Shown piece after piece: positions 12,609-24,689 of a stretch of 64,000 bases of DNA. This DNA comes from Selaginella moellendorffii. Lineage: Eukaryota; Plantae; Lycopodiophyta. Both the position numbers and the translations under genes were made by a program. Under the pieces are notes generated by a model. That model made no database searches and had not been told where the DNA came from. It saw only the letters and a program-made list of their open reading frames with translations. Position 1 is the stretch's first letter. Every line of letters begins with the position of its first letter. The stretch is from contig NW_003314280.1 of the NCBI RefSeq assembly GCF_000143415.4, forward strand, positions 1,049,663 through 1,113,662, written 5' to 3'.

Positions 12609-14810
12609 GTAACAAAGTTAGTGGTATTCTAAACGAGATTGTTTAGTAGAGATTGTGTTTTGGCTTTTCCTTGAAAAGTGATTTAGTCATGCATTCTATT
12701 AGCTTTACAAGAGGAAGAGTTAATTTCGATATTGAAATGATTAAATCTTTATTGAATTTAAGTTGAGATATATCAATTATTGATGATTTTTTCTTATACT
12801 TGTTATGAAGTCAATTATGTTTTATTATAAAAGATGAATTTATGGAGGATTGTTCGGAGATTATTTATGAAGTATAATTTCATTCTACTTGGCTTTTGGA
12901 ATGATGCAAATATACTCTTCATTAGTTTTTGCATTATGAAGTTTAACTTTTGAATGTGCTAAAAAGAATATTGTGAGTTGTATCATAATTTTTTCTTTAA
13001 CATTAAAGTTAGTTCATGTAAGGCTTGTGATTATTGTTAAGCAAGACTTGGTTATAAACTTCTTTGAACTTTTAGTTCTTTGAGTTTTTATGTTTATTGT
13101 TCTATTTGTTATAAGTTGTTGGAGAAGGCATTTTAGCTCCATCAGTTTCGATGTTGAATAAGTATTTACATCTAGCAATCATTAATGATGATTGACTATC
13201 ATCTACAATAATTAATTATCTTTGTCAAAGGTTTTGCAAAATTATTGTGTTAAATGATTTACCATTCTTTATGATAGTAAATTATTTATTCAATAATGAT
13301 TATATATTTCTCTATTAATGGGATGATTGATGATCTTTTATGATCATTAATTATTCTCATTGAAAGCTTTTGGCTTTCCATATTTTTACATGTTTTTTGT
13401 GGTTTGCTCTAGATTGGTCTCTTAGGTTTGAGACATCAGTAAAATGTTGATGATGCTTGATGAAGAAATTTGAATTCCTTAATATGGTTAACTAAGATTT
13501 ATTCAAATGAATGAGTGTTTGTTTACTTTGCAATATTTATTCTGTTTTGTTGATTATTATTAGAGTTGGTTCTGATAAATTAAGATGTTATTTCCTTTAG
13601 ATGATACATTCATAATCATTTTGCTTATTTATTAATGATACTTTGTGTTTTTTTAGTTCTCTTGTATATTTTGTTTGGCATACTATTGTAGTTAAGATTT
13701 ATCATTTCCTTAATGATCTATGTGTTATTAAATTTTATTGGTTGGTTAATCTTGTAATTCTGGTTTATCAAATGATAAATTACTTAGAATACTTTTTGTA
13801 TTCTAATTTAAGCTTTATTCATTAATAATTTAGTCTCTTAGATATCATTGTCTCTAACTTTGATATTGTCCATTTATTAATCTTTGGATTTGGGCTAGTA
13901 TAAGTAAACTAGTTTCGGCACTTCGTGTGCATAGTGAAATCTTTTATCATATTATAGACTGGTCACATCACCTTACCTCTTTCTCAATGTTCCTTATTTC
14001 TTAAAAAGGGGTGTAAATAACTCTAATTGCCTATTTAGAGTAGTTTATTTATTTGGTTTATTTGCTCATGAGGGTTAAGGCTTCTAGCTTCTCTCTCTAT
14101 GTCATATATAAGTAGGGGTATATCATCTTTTGTAAGTTCAGTGACACTCAGAGCAATAGGGGTGGCTAACTCTATTAGTCAATTCTTTGTTAGTGACAAT
14201 TAGAAAGTGTTTGAATTGTACTGCATTTATGTTAAATAGAGAGTTGCCCCTTAACTCATTTAAGTTGGTGCATTTCTTACAAAGCATGAATACTATAAAC
14301 TTTTTTTGGAGTTGTTTTTTTGGTGGTATTCTAAACTCAAGTGTGTATCGACGAAGACATCAATCTTCCTTAAGGGGGGGGAGAGTGTCACAACTTTAAT
14401 TGCAAATATTGAAAGTTACATGTTAACAAGTTATTTAAGATATTTTTTCTTTACTGCTACAATGGTAGGAAGTCAATATTGTTAGACCCTTTATCAATCC
14501 CTTTTATTCAAGTGTTAATAAACTTAATTTAGCATCTATACTTAGCCGGATGAGCATAAAAAAAGAATTCTTAAGTGTCTATTTAGCCAAATATTTAGCC
14601 CAGTTTGTTAATTCTCTTTTGCTTTATTTTGCATTAGTTTAACAAAAGTCCCCACGATATTGAGTTTGGCCCCTTAATGCTCATTAAGTGATAAATTACC
14701 ATATTTGCCAAACATTATCCCCAATGCTCTTTATATTTCCAGATTCGTAATCTAGCACCATTCTATATTTAGTAAATTTCAAGCTTATCCTAGAGATTAA
14801 CTCTTGGTAC
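12609..14810 (+). mobile_element. Old AT-decayed copy C of the same LTR family (3' internal region, PPT, partial 3' LTR)
   Basis: 12615-14385 aligns by eye to ~9455-11330 with many C>T/G>A changes. PPT AAGGGGGGGGAGAG ends at 14385 and a degenerate LTR starts TGTCACAA at 14386. Confidence 0.8.
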
Positions 14811-15269
14811 TAATTAGATATGGCCAATAAAGTATAGTCTCTCACTCCATTCCTTCATTTGGTGATCCAAAACCTTGAAACTTAGGTTCTACTCCTTAGG
14901 CACATGCTATATAGAAAGTTTAAGTTCCATTTCATGGTTATCCTAATATAATAAAAAGTGAAAACTATGTATGCTACAAGATTATCAATTCTTATTGTAG
15001 CTGCTGGACAATAGGGTATTGTTTTAGTCAATGCAAAATATAGAAAGGTTAGCCACTCACAATTTAGTAAGCTTGCATGATAAGTAAGTTTCAAGAATTC
15101 AAAGACAAATCTATATAAACAAGTGTATATAGTAGCAGTTTATTTCAAGTTTGTTACATATGGCTTGGGGAGTTGGGGATCCCCAACCAAGGCACTCCAC
15201 TCATGCCCTGAGTGCAATGACATCTCTTGGACAATTATCATCAGTCGGCCACGTGCAGATCAGCAGCTA

Positions 15270-16396
15270 CATGAAATCCATCTCCAAAAGGAAGCTAGAA
15301 TGGAATTTAGGTGTCATGGACGGCCATGATCGCTGGATACGCCACATGGGCAAGGCATGAGCGTTGTTCGATGCTATTCCAAAAAGCAATGTCATCTCAT
15401 GGAACGTGTTCATTGACAGATGGAACAACAAAGGGAATCTAGAGGACACCGAGCACTTGTCCAACGAATGCCTGGCTAGGACATGGCCACAATGGCAACA
15501 ATGATCCAATCTGCCGTATTGTTCTTCCACTCTGGCATGAGCGAGCACAATTTGATGATCTCTTGATGATCTCAGCCTACGTTGCTTCCGGAGATCTTGG
15601 AGCTGCAATCAGAGTGCTGGATAGAATGTGCGAGAGGAACCTCATCACTCTGGTCGTGATCCTCCAGGGCTACACTGCCACTGGGCAGCTCGAGGAGGCC
15701 AACTATATGTTCGACAATGCAATGCCAGAGCGCGATACAATACCATGGAATGTGATATTCCAGGGGTATGCCCAGCGGGGGCATATGAAGTAGGCAAAGC
15801 TCTGTACGAGAGAATACCTGAGAAAGACCTCGTCTCGTCCACCTCGATGCTCCAATTTCTTGCCATAAACGCATGCATGCAAGAGGCAAAGCTCGTCTTT
15901 GATGCCACTCCTCACTGTGATATCGTGCTGTGCAATGCCCTCCTCCAGGCCTTTGCACAGCACGGCTATCTTCCAAACGCCAAGCGCTCTTCGATTCCAT
16001 GGCAGAGAGAGACGTCCTGGACCACCATGTCATGCCCGAGGCCTTGTAGCAGACCACGGACGAGACACCATTGATGTCTTCACGACGATGATGTTTGATC
16101 CCGACCATTCAGCGTTTGTGAGTTCTCGGTGCTTGGGTTGTTCAAGCAGGGATGGAATTATTTTCGAACATGGTCGACGATCATCAATGGGGAGCACACT
16201 ACTAGCCAAGGCCGAGGATCTCATCTCCAGCATGCCTTACGTCCCTGATGGAATCACTTGGATGGCGTTTCTCGCTCCCTGTCGGCTCCAAGAAGATCCA
16301 CAACGAGCAACAGTCGCTGCTCGACAGCACCATCTCGTCACCGCATGCTCTCCTTTCCAGCACCTACGTAGTCGTGCTCTAGACTGGACCAAGTGA
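15270..16396 (+). pseudogene. Degenerate PLS-class PPR pseudogene
   Basis: Motif fragments (LFDAIPKSNVISWN, GDLGAAIRVLDRMCERNLIT, MPYVPDGITW) broken by stops and frameshifts; paralogous to 20395-21390. Confidence 0.8.
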
Positions 16397-17061
16397 TGAA
16401 GAGAGCCCAAGAACACCTCGAGCAGCGTTAACTGCTAGATGGTGGTGAGATCTTGATCGCAGGTGCTGGAGCAAGCATCCCCAAGCAACGGCATCCGGGA
16501 CAAACGGTATTGTCTCGAGAAGTTCGTGAGCTTCTTCTGCTCGTCCCGAGTTTCCCAGCAGTGAGAGCTCGCTGCGCTACAAACACATTTGGTTTGCTTA
16601 TCGAAATTCGTCCTCGCAAAGTTATTGGCCTAGAGCGCAGGTGCAGGCTTGCTCAATAAGTTGAAAGCTGGGATTTACCGACAGGTTGTATATCTGCACA
16701 AGGTGTTATTAGTCTGTCCGTCCCACCAGGGTCGCCATGAACCAGGTAATGTTTAAGAGCCGGAGGTGGTGAAGCTCAACATCGCTGCTGCTCGTCCTCG
16801 GGCTGTAAATTACAAGGACGTTTCTCTCCTTCCTTGCCCTGCCTTTCACTAAAAACACGGCCTGGCTTTTCCATACGACCTCTAGCACCGTGCACTGTAA
16901 TATTTAGATAACTTGCTCCGGTTTACGACATAATTTACAGTTTTCTAAGCATTTAAATCCCATGCTAATATATTACCGTATAATAATAATAATTTAACCA
17001 TAAAAGCATATTTTTAATGATATTTAAACCTGAATCTATTATGGGTTTGTTTTTTGATTTT

Positions 17062-17730
17062 TTACGCCTTAACGCCTGCACCAAGAAAAAATAATCAACA
17101 CGCAAAGCAAACATACACAAAATTAAAATTAAAATCTTTACTTGGTCCATCAAACTCTTCTGGATCAAGACAGGCCCAGATGAGATCGTAGTTGATTGCC
17201 TCTGGAATCGCCTCTGGTGTCTCCTCCCTACAAAAAAGTAAAATAAAATTCAGCAGCCAAGAAGAAGAAGAAGAAAAAGAAAGCTTACTTCCCAAGGCAA
17301 CAGTAAAAGTAACTCGGTCTCTTATAATCTGGAGGTTTCCACATCGATGGTCGCTCCTCATCCGGCATTAAAAGATACTTCCGGTTCTTCATTTTCTCCT
17401 CGTGTTTCTTGTGTGCAGCAGCCCGTTGTTCGTCGGAGAGGTACTCTGGGAACTTCAATTCCACGGGTATGTCTTCGTGTCGAGGAAAGTAAAGACGAGC
17501 ACCCTACAAGATAAAGAGAGTCAAACAATCACAAAAATTTGGGAGTTTGGCTTACGGAACGCTCGTACCAAAAGCGTTCCACCGGATATTTCCCATACTC
17601 TCTGTCCATCCGCTTCACTGCCGTGTAAGGATAAGTGGTTTTAACTTCCACTAGCCCAGCTACATAAAAGAGTAAAAGAGTGAGGGAAAAAGCAAAGGGA
17701 ATCATCAAAATCAAACTTACGAAGTAGCAT
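17062..17730 (-). CDS. Hypothetical 142-aa protein, 5 exons (17730-17721, 17659-17556, 17503-17289, 17227-17142, 17075-17062)
   Basis: Four GT-AG introns of 61, 52, 61 and 66 nt. All phases are consistent and give a 429-nt open frame, MLLPGLVEVKTTYPY...DPEEFDGPSVKA*. No family recognised; the N-terminus may extend upstream. Confidence 0.7.
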
Positions 17731-17769
17731 GGCTCCCGGCTGACTCCTTGTGATCCGTCTCTCACCCGG

Positions 17770-18370
17770 CTGAATCTGGATCGACCGTCTCTTTGCGCAG
17801 ATTCTGAGAAATAAAAAGCAAGGCTAGATTCGAACGACAGAAATTTGGCTTACTGTGGTGGTGTGACGGCCTCCTCCCTCTCGTCCAGTTGAATCGACCG
17901 CCGCCTGGGCTCGCGCTCAATCGACCGTCTAGTCGAGCGTTCTCTGAAAGGCAAGAGGTTAGAAAGAAAGAAAGAAAGGAACGGATTTGGTGTCACGCCT
18001 GCTGGCGGCCGAGCCTCGAGCTGTCTAGGCGAGCGTCCTCTGAGAAGAAAAGGAAGACGCTAGAAACAGGAAAAGAACAGAGATTCTCCCTCACCCAGTC
18101 TATCTCTGAGAAATAAAAGCTACGCTAGATTCGAAAGAAAAATTAGCTTTCTCTGAGAAATGAGAAAGAAGAGGCTAGAAAAACGAAAAGGACAATCGAC
18201 CGTCTAGTGAGAAATAAGAGAGGACGAGTTTAGAAAAAGAAAAAGGAGGGAAAATTCGGTCACCTCTGATCCATCTAGAGCGTTCTCTGTGAAAGGCTAA
18301 AGGAGGAAATTTTGGCTCCCCGCTCTCGCCCAGCTGAATCGACAATGACCTATAGCAAACAAAAGAGGCT
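17770..18370. repeat. Degenerate tandem units (TCGACCGTCT / CTCTGAGAAATAAAA / GCTAGA) upstream of the orphan gene
   Basis: The same short motifs recur several times. On the minus strand they read as polypyrimidine + CAG acceptor-like units. Confidence 0.55.
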
Positions 18371-18949
18371 CAAAAATCTTACCGGGTGCACTGTCATACC
18401 TTAAGATTGGAAGCGAAGAACCCTAAACCCGCCGGGCTTCCGTACGCCATACCGTACCAACTGGTACGGTCCCCTGTTTTAGCTGGAGAGCAGCCAGATC
18501 TCAAGGAACAGTGAAAGAGCGCGGGAGAAGTGAGATAGGAGAGCAGATCTGGGCCAGAGAAGAGCATATTTGAGTGAGGAAGCCGGGAGGGATCTGCTTC
18601 TGCTGCTGCATCGAGGAAGATTAAGCCCAAGAAGAAGAGGGGAGCGCTGGAGCGAGACCAGAGGAAACGCACGATGATATCGTGCAGGAGAAGTGGAGGT
18701 AGCGCCCGCAATGTTGTGTCGCTCTCGCCGTATGCGCCGTGCAGAAATGGAGATAAGAAGCAGCCCGGGCGCACGACTTGGAGAGAAGAAGAGCCCAAGA
18801 AGAATGGAACAAGACAATCACCAAGGGGGAAAAAGAAGAACAAGCCCCAACGATTCAGATGATCCTCTACCATAGGAGACGAAGAACTGGGAAAAGGTCA
18901 AACCAGCTGCTTACCCGAAACTCATTTACAAGGCCGTTTTGTATTACGC

Positions 18950-19660
18950 TCCTGTTGCTCTTTGTGCTCTTAGAGCCCATCGTGGAGAATGCTGGGCTCG
19001 GTCGAGAGGAAGCTGTCCTCACGACACCAAAGCCGAGTAGATTTTCTCGTGCACATCATTGTTAAACTTGTCAAAGCTCGCTTCAAAGAACTGCTTGCTC
19101 TTCTTGCTCAGCAGCTTCTGGTGGTGGGAGGACTGAGTACGCAGCCATCCAGCCAGCTCCATTCTCAGGGGCTAGTTTCCGGCTATAAAAAGAATTTACA
19201 GTGTCACAAGAGGCAAACCGATACTCTCTACCTTGAAACAACAAAGAACAACACCGAAGACAGCCCAAAATTTGACCGAGAATGTGTACTCCTTTAAAAA
19301 TGCAAACGACTTGCCACCACCAAATAAGCCTGCATCATCAAGAATCGCAAGCTTTCATACAATAAACAATCCATGGAACAAACACCTGCACCAAGATTGG
19401 CTGGGATAATCACTCGGCTGTATACACACATGTCAAAAACCTGTAAGCAATTTCCTGTGACACCTCACCTGCGGCCGCCACACCTGTAGAAAGGCCAAGT
19501 GCTTCCATTGCTCCCAAAACCAAAACTTTGAGAGCGTGGGTGCTCTCTATGTTACTCACGGCCAACCACGGTAGTGATGATCCTAAAGCTTCTGCTGGAA
19601 ATGGAAGCACCTCCTCGTCTATCAAATGATGAACAGCATAGCTAGCATTGTCGCTCAAAA
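18950..19660 (-). pseudogene. Probable spliced gene remnant of unknown family
   Basis: Short exon-like frames bounded by GT/AG sites. 18960-19120 is partly duplicated at ~23050-23230. No intact model could be built. Confidence 0.3.
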
Positions 19661-20079
19661 GAACCCAGGACTAACCTCTCGACTCAGACGAATTTTCTTG
19701 GATCTATAGAAACGAATAAAGCAACCAAGAGAAGAAAGCGTGGAGAGTGACGTGACGAGTTTCCAACTCGGTGGAATCATGATCTTGATGTTGAAAATCA
19801 CCCTCCAAATGGGTGCTCGAATGCCGTCGCTTCCTGGAGCTGGAAACCAAAAAACGAAGAAGGAAATCTCACTTCGAGGGACATCCATTGTTGTCATCGC
19901 GAAGGATTCTGCGGCGTCACAGCTCATCTCTAGCAGCGGCGTCTTGATCGTTGCACCTGCAACCAAGAGCTCCGATCTCCTCATTGGATTCGATCGCCAT
20001 TGGCGCCTCATTCGTACAAGTGTACCTAGGTTTTTTGGGTTAACCGCCATTTCAGCTGAATTGTATAGTGAGCAAGAGC

Positions 20080-21390
20080 TCGATTTTGCAGCAAAACCAG
20101 GGATCATTCGCGGGGAAAAAAGATTTATGTTCAAATTCGGCGGAGTAGCGAGCAGAGGCATACAATCAAGTGAGAGATATTAAGTGTTCGATGCAATGTC
20201 AGGAGTTTCATGGCCTTTACGGCATATGCCCAGTGTGGGAAACTTCTTTGACAGCAAAGCTAATCTCTGACTCGATGCCTACTAGAGACATTTTCCCTGG
20301 AATTCAATGATCCCCGTACGGAAAGAGAGGGCATCGCCAGGAATTAGGAATGAATTGTATGCTTGACGTCTACACCAAGCATCGCGATGCCATAAGCACG
20401 AAATCCATCTTCGAAAGGATGCCGGCATGGAATGTGGTGTCATCGCTGGATACGCCACATGGCCGAGGCACAAGCGCTGTTCGATGCTATTCCGGAACGC
20501 AACGTCATCTCCTGGAACACGTTCATCGACAGCTGGATCAACGCGGGGAATCTAGAGGACGTTGAGCGCTTGTTCCAACGAATGCCCGGCTGGGACATGG
20601 CCAGAATGGATCCATCTAAGCTCAATCTGCCGTATCGTTCTTCCACTCTGGCATGAGCGAGCGCAATTTGATGATCTCTTGATGATCTTTGCTTCCGGAG
20701 ATCTTGGAGCTGCGATCAGAGTGATAGAATGCGCAAGAAGAACCTCGTCGCTCTAGACGCATCCTCCAGGGCTACACTGCCGCTGGCCAGCTTGAGGAGG
20801 CCAAGTGTATGTTCGACAATGCAATGCCGGAGAGCGATACAATGTCGTGGAATGTGATATGCACTGTGGCGGAGGAGGCCAAAGCTCTATACGAGAGAAT
20901 ACCCGAGAAAGACCTCATCTCGTCCACCTCGATGCTCCAATCTCTCGCCGAAAACGCATGCATGCAAGAGGGAAAGCTCGTCTTTGACGCCACTCCTCAC
21001 TGTGATATCGTGCTGTGCAATGCCCTCCTCCAGGCCTGTGCACAGCACGGCTATCATCCAAACGCCAAAGCGCTCTTCGATTCCACCATTCCGCATTTGT
21101 GAGCGTTTCAGTGCGGCCAGCTCGGGCTGTTCGAGCGGGGATGGAATTATTTTCGAAATATGGTCGACGATCATCAAGTCGAAGCACTGGGAGCGCACTA
21201 CTGCGGTCAGCCAGCCAAGGCCGAGGATCTCATCTCTAGGATGCCTTGCGTCATCATTTGAATGGCGTTTCTCCCTCCCTGTGGGCTCCAAGAAGATCCA
21301 CAACGAGCAACAGTCGCTGCTCGCAGCGCCTCCACCCTCGACAGCACCATCTCGTCCGTGTAGTCCTGACGAGATGATCAACTAGACTGA
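20080..21390 (+). pseudogene. Degenerate PLS-class PPR pseudogene
   Basis: KSIFERMPAWNVVS, ALFDAIPERNVISWNT, ERIPEKDLISSTSML across shifting frames. Confidence 0.8.
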
Positions 21391-21421
21391 ACCAAGTTAT
21401 AGATCTATCGAGACGTCGCGA

Positions 21422-23060
21422 TCAGCTGATAAAGAGAGCCCAAGAACACCTCGAGCAGCGGTAACTGCTAGATGGTGGTGAGATGATCTTGATCTCAGGT
21501 GCTAGAGCAAGCATCCCCAAGCGACGGCATCCGGGGCGCACGGCATCTTCTCGAGAAGTTCGTGACCGTCTTCTGCTCGTCCCGATTTTCCCAGCATGTC
21601 TATCGTGAAGCAAAAATGCCTGCTCGTCGGAAGCATCGAGTAGCTCTCATTGATCGAGAGGAAGTATGCCCATCCCTGGTCGAGCAAGCCCAAATGCGAG
21701 CAAGCTGCTAGTGCTCCCATGAAGCTTCCTTCATCGGTCGATTTGCATCAATCCAAAGAGCTCAATCGCGTCTCTGGATTTTCCGTGCGCGGCAAGGGCC
21801 ACGAGCATCGAGTTCCAGGCTACCACATCGAGCTCCGGCATGTGCAGAAAGAACTTCCACACGTATCCACACGCTCCAAGCAAGAACATCGTGCTGGATC
21901 TTCAAACATCTCTCGTGCTTCTACCTTTCTCGAGGCGAGGATGAAAGCTTGTAGCATTGAGTTGGAGCTGGCTAGATTATGCTTGGGCACTGCGTCGAAG
22001 ATCTCCTTGGCTTGCTCGAGATTTTCCCCTGTGAGCATACGAAACCACCATTTGCTCAAACAGCTCCCTCGATTCCTCCAAGAGCCCCATCTCCGAGCAA
22101 GCCCCATTCTCCGAGCAAGGAATCATGGCATTCCAAACAACGATGCTTCGCTGTGGCATTGTGGTGAGATATGCCTGGCCTTGTGGATTTGCCCGGTCTG
22201 GTGCATACGCAGCGATCATCATGGTGTAGGAGGCCTCGTCGTGATCAGGCATGGAATTCCGGAAGAATGCCACTGCTTCTCGATCCTGCGATGTAAAACG
22301 TACCCTTTTGGAGCATCGAATTTCATTCTGCTGTGTCCCACGCCCGCATTGCTTGCAATTGCCAGATACATACGCCTGGTCAAAATCGTCCATGCGACGG
22401 CATTGTGCTCAGCCATCACCGAATCGAAGATCCTTCGCGCGTCGGAAACCTTGCCTGCGCTAGAGAAGCGATTCCGGAATCCCGTGCAGGAAGAGATCCA
22501 TCGCGGCCGTCCGCGCGTATCCATCGATCATCACCGTCCACGTGGCAAGAGAACTACCAGCGTTTGCTGGAGCAGGCGGCCATGGAATTCTTCTCCGGCA
22601 TGGCATCGAAAATGTCTTAGTGCCCGTTTTGGGCATAGGCCTGGATCATCGCGTTCCATGTCACGGCATTCTTCCGAGGCATCCATTGGAAGATTCCTAG
22701 CGCCTCTCGCAATGCTCTCTGCCCCAATCCAGTGATCGTCGTCGTCATTCTTGGTAGCTTCCTCGCGTCGGCGATTTGGCTGTGCTGGGCATACGTCGTG
22801 ATCATCGAGTTCTCTTTCCTTGCATCGAGTCGAAGATCTGGCGAGCGGACTGGATGTCGCCATTCTGTGCGTATGCCGAGAGGAGGATGTCGCGAGAAAA
22901 TAGATTGAGCTGCTTGATCTGATCGAAAACCAGGCGAGCTTCACGCAATCTCCCACACGTCCCATACATTTGTATGAGGAGATTCGCAAGAAAAGTGTTC
23001 TGCTTGCTGTGGCGGATCCGACTAGCCTGAGCTTGTCGGCCTCTGTTAAAAGCGTTGCTC
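21422..23060 (-). pseudogene. Degenerate PLS-E PPR pseudogene
   Basis: NTFLANLLIQMYGTCG, KNAVTWNAMIQAYAQNGH, ACSHLGLLDQG, MPCAPDAVAWGCLL, interrupted by frameshifts. Confidence 0.82.
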
Positions 23061-23289
23061 TTGGTAGTCTTGCTGCTCTTGGCAGTCGAGAGGACCAAAA
23101 GCCGAGTAGATCTTCTTGTTGCTAAGTGGACGTCGAACAAGTGTTGGTTCTTCTCGGCCTGCGCTTTGAAAATCTGGCCGTGTCTACTTTAGCAGTTCCC
23201 CAGGACTCCTGCTCCTCCTGCTTGATGTTTCGCTGCATTTCCTACGCAACGACCATTTCACTGGACCAATTCAGCTTGTGACACTAGGA

Positions 23290-23830
23290 GGTTCGCGGCG
23301 GTTCTTTGATTTTGCAGCAGAACCAGGGATCTGCCGCGGGGAAAAGAGATTTACGGTCAAGTTCGGCGGCGTGGCGACTGTGCAGCGAGCAGCTATCTCG
23401 CGAATTTGGCAATCCGGAGCCTTTCGATCGCATGGGCTCTGCGAGGAATCGCTTCTCTTGGGACAATATGATCGCTGCTTATGCCCAAAATGATGCAATG
23501 CCAGAAAAGAACGGAGTTTCATGGACGGCTATCCATGCCCAATGCGGGCATTTGCTAAAAGCAACCTAGTAACATTTTCCCCTGGAATTCAATGATCCAA
23601 GCGTACGGACAGAGAGGGCATCTCCAGGAATTTCGTGACATTTGTGAAAGAATGCTTGACCACGACTTTGTGGCGTGGCATTGTGTCTACACCTCATTCA
23701 AGCTGACACACCATGCTGGAGCGAAATGAGATATTTTGAACAATCATGACCGTCACCCACATGCAAATCCGGCAGCTCCAGAACACGAAGTCTATCTTCT
23801 AAAGGTTGCTGGAATGGAATGTGGTGTTAT
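23290..23830 (+). pseudogene. PPR 5' fragment, further copy of 20080-20440
   Basis: Shared GATTTTGCAGCAGAACCAGGGATC..GGGGAAAA and CATTTTCCCCTGGAATTCAATGATCC; PFDRMGSARNRFSWDNMIAAYAQN. Confidence 0.7.
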
Positions 23831-23942
23831 GGATGGATATGGATTAAATGGTAGAATAAATTAAAATATACTAAGAAGTGTTTAAGGAAGTTTTAATCTA
23901 AATGAATAAGAACCAATAGATAGTAGAATATTCTATAATATC

Positions 23943-24091
23943 AAAGCATATTTTAAGTATATTCACTGCCACCCTTATATTTAAATCTCATTAGAAGTCA
24001 TTTTTAGGTTTGCTTAAAAGCATATTCTAAGTATATTCACTGCCACCCTTATATTTAAATCTCATTAGAAGTCATTTTTTGATTTGCTTAA
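23943..24091. repeat. 2 x 74-bp tandem repeat in an AT-rich block (23830-24640)
   Basis: AAAGCATATT..CACTGCCACCCTTATATTTAAATCTCATTAGAAGTC..TTGCTTAA repeated. Confidence 0.85.
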
Positions 24092-24689
24092 GCAAACCTG
24101 TAAGGGCATTGTAACCTGTATTGGATTAATAAGTAAAAATTGGTATGCATTGCATGTAACAATGTTTGGTTTGCTTATAAGTAGTGTTATTCTTACTTAT
24201 TAGTTCATTATATCAAATAAAATTTATAATTATAAGCATGTTTGTAATTTATCATAAGATTAATCTTATTGCATATGAACCATTAAATGATAGAATAGAA
24301 AAGAATATACTAAAAAAGGTTTAAGAAAGTGTATAAATTGTAATCATGTTTATAAATTATAAATACAAGATTAATCTAAATGAATAACAACAATTAGATG
24401 GTAGAATATCCTAGAATATTTAAGCATATCCTAGGTATATTCAATATTATAGGTTTGCTTAAGCAAACCAAAAATAACACTACCATTGCTATATGCAAGG
24501 CATAACAATTTATTTTAATTGTTGAGATATGTAAAACTTGATTAAAACTTGATTGTAAAACTTTTTGTTTCTCTAAATTTTTCCTCAAAACAAAGAGGTC
24601 TACTTTACACTCTTTTTAGCTTGTCTATCACTAATTATATTGATTAATATTTAGGTTATAGAAGTGGAGACTGAAGCCATATTGAGGTG

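Noticed and set aside
15172-15187. Perfect palindrome GTTGGGGATCCCCAAC as a Helitron 3' hairpin
   Set aside because: No CTRR terminus at the expected distance.
21650-22735. 361-aa plus-strand ORF
   Set aside because: Antisense shadow of the minus-strand PPR pseudogene.
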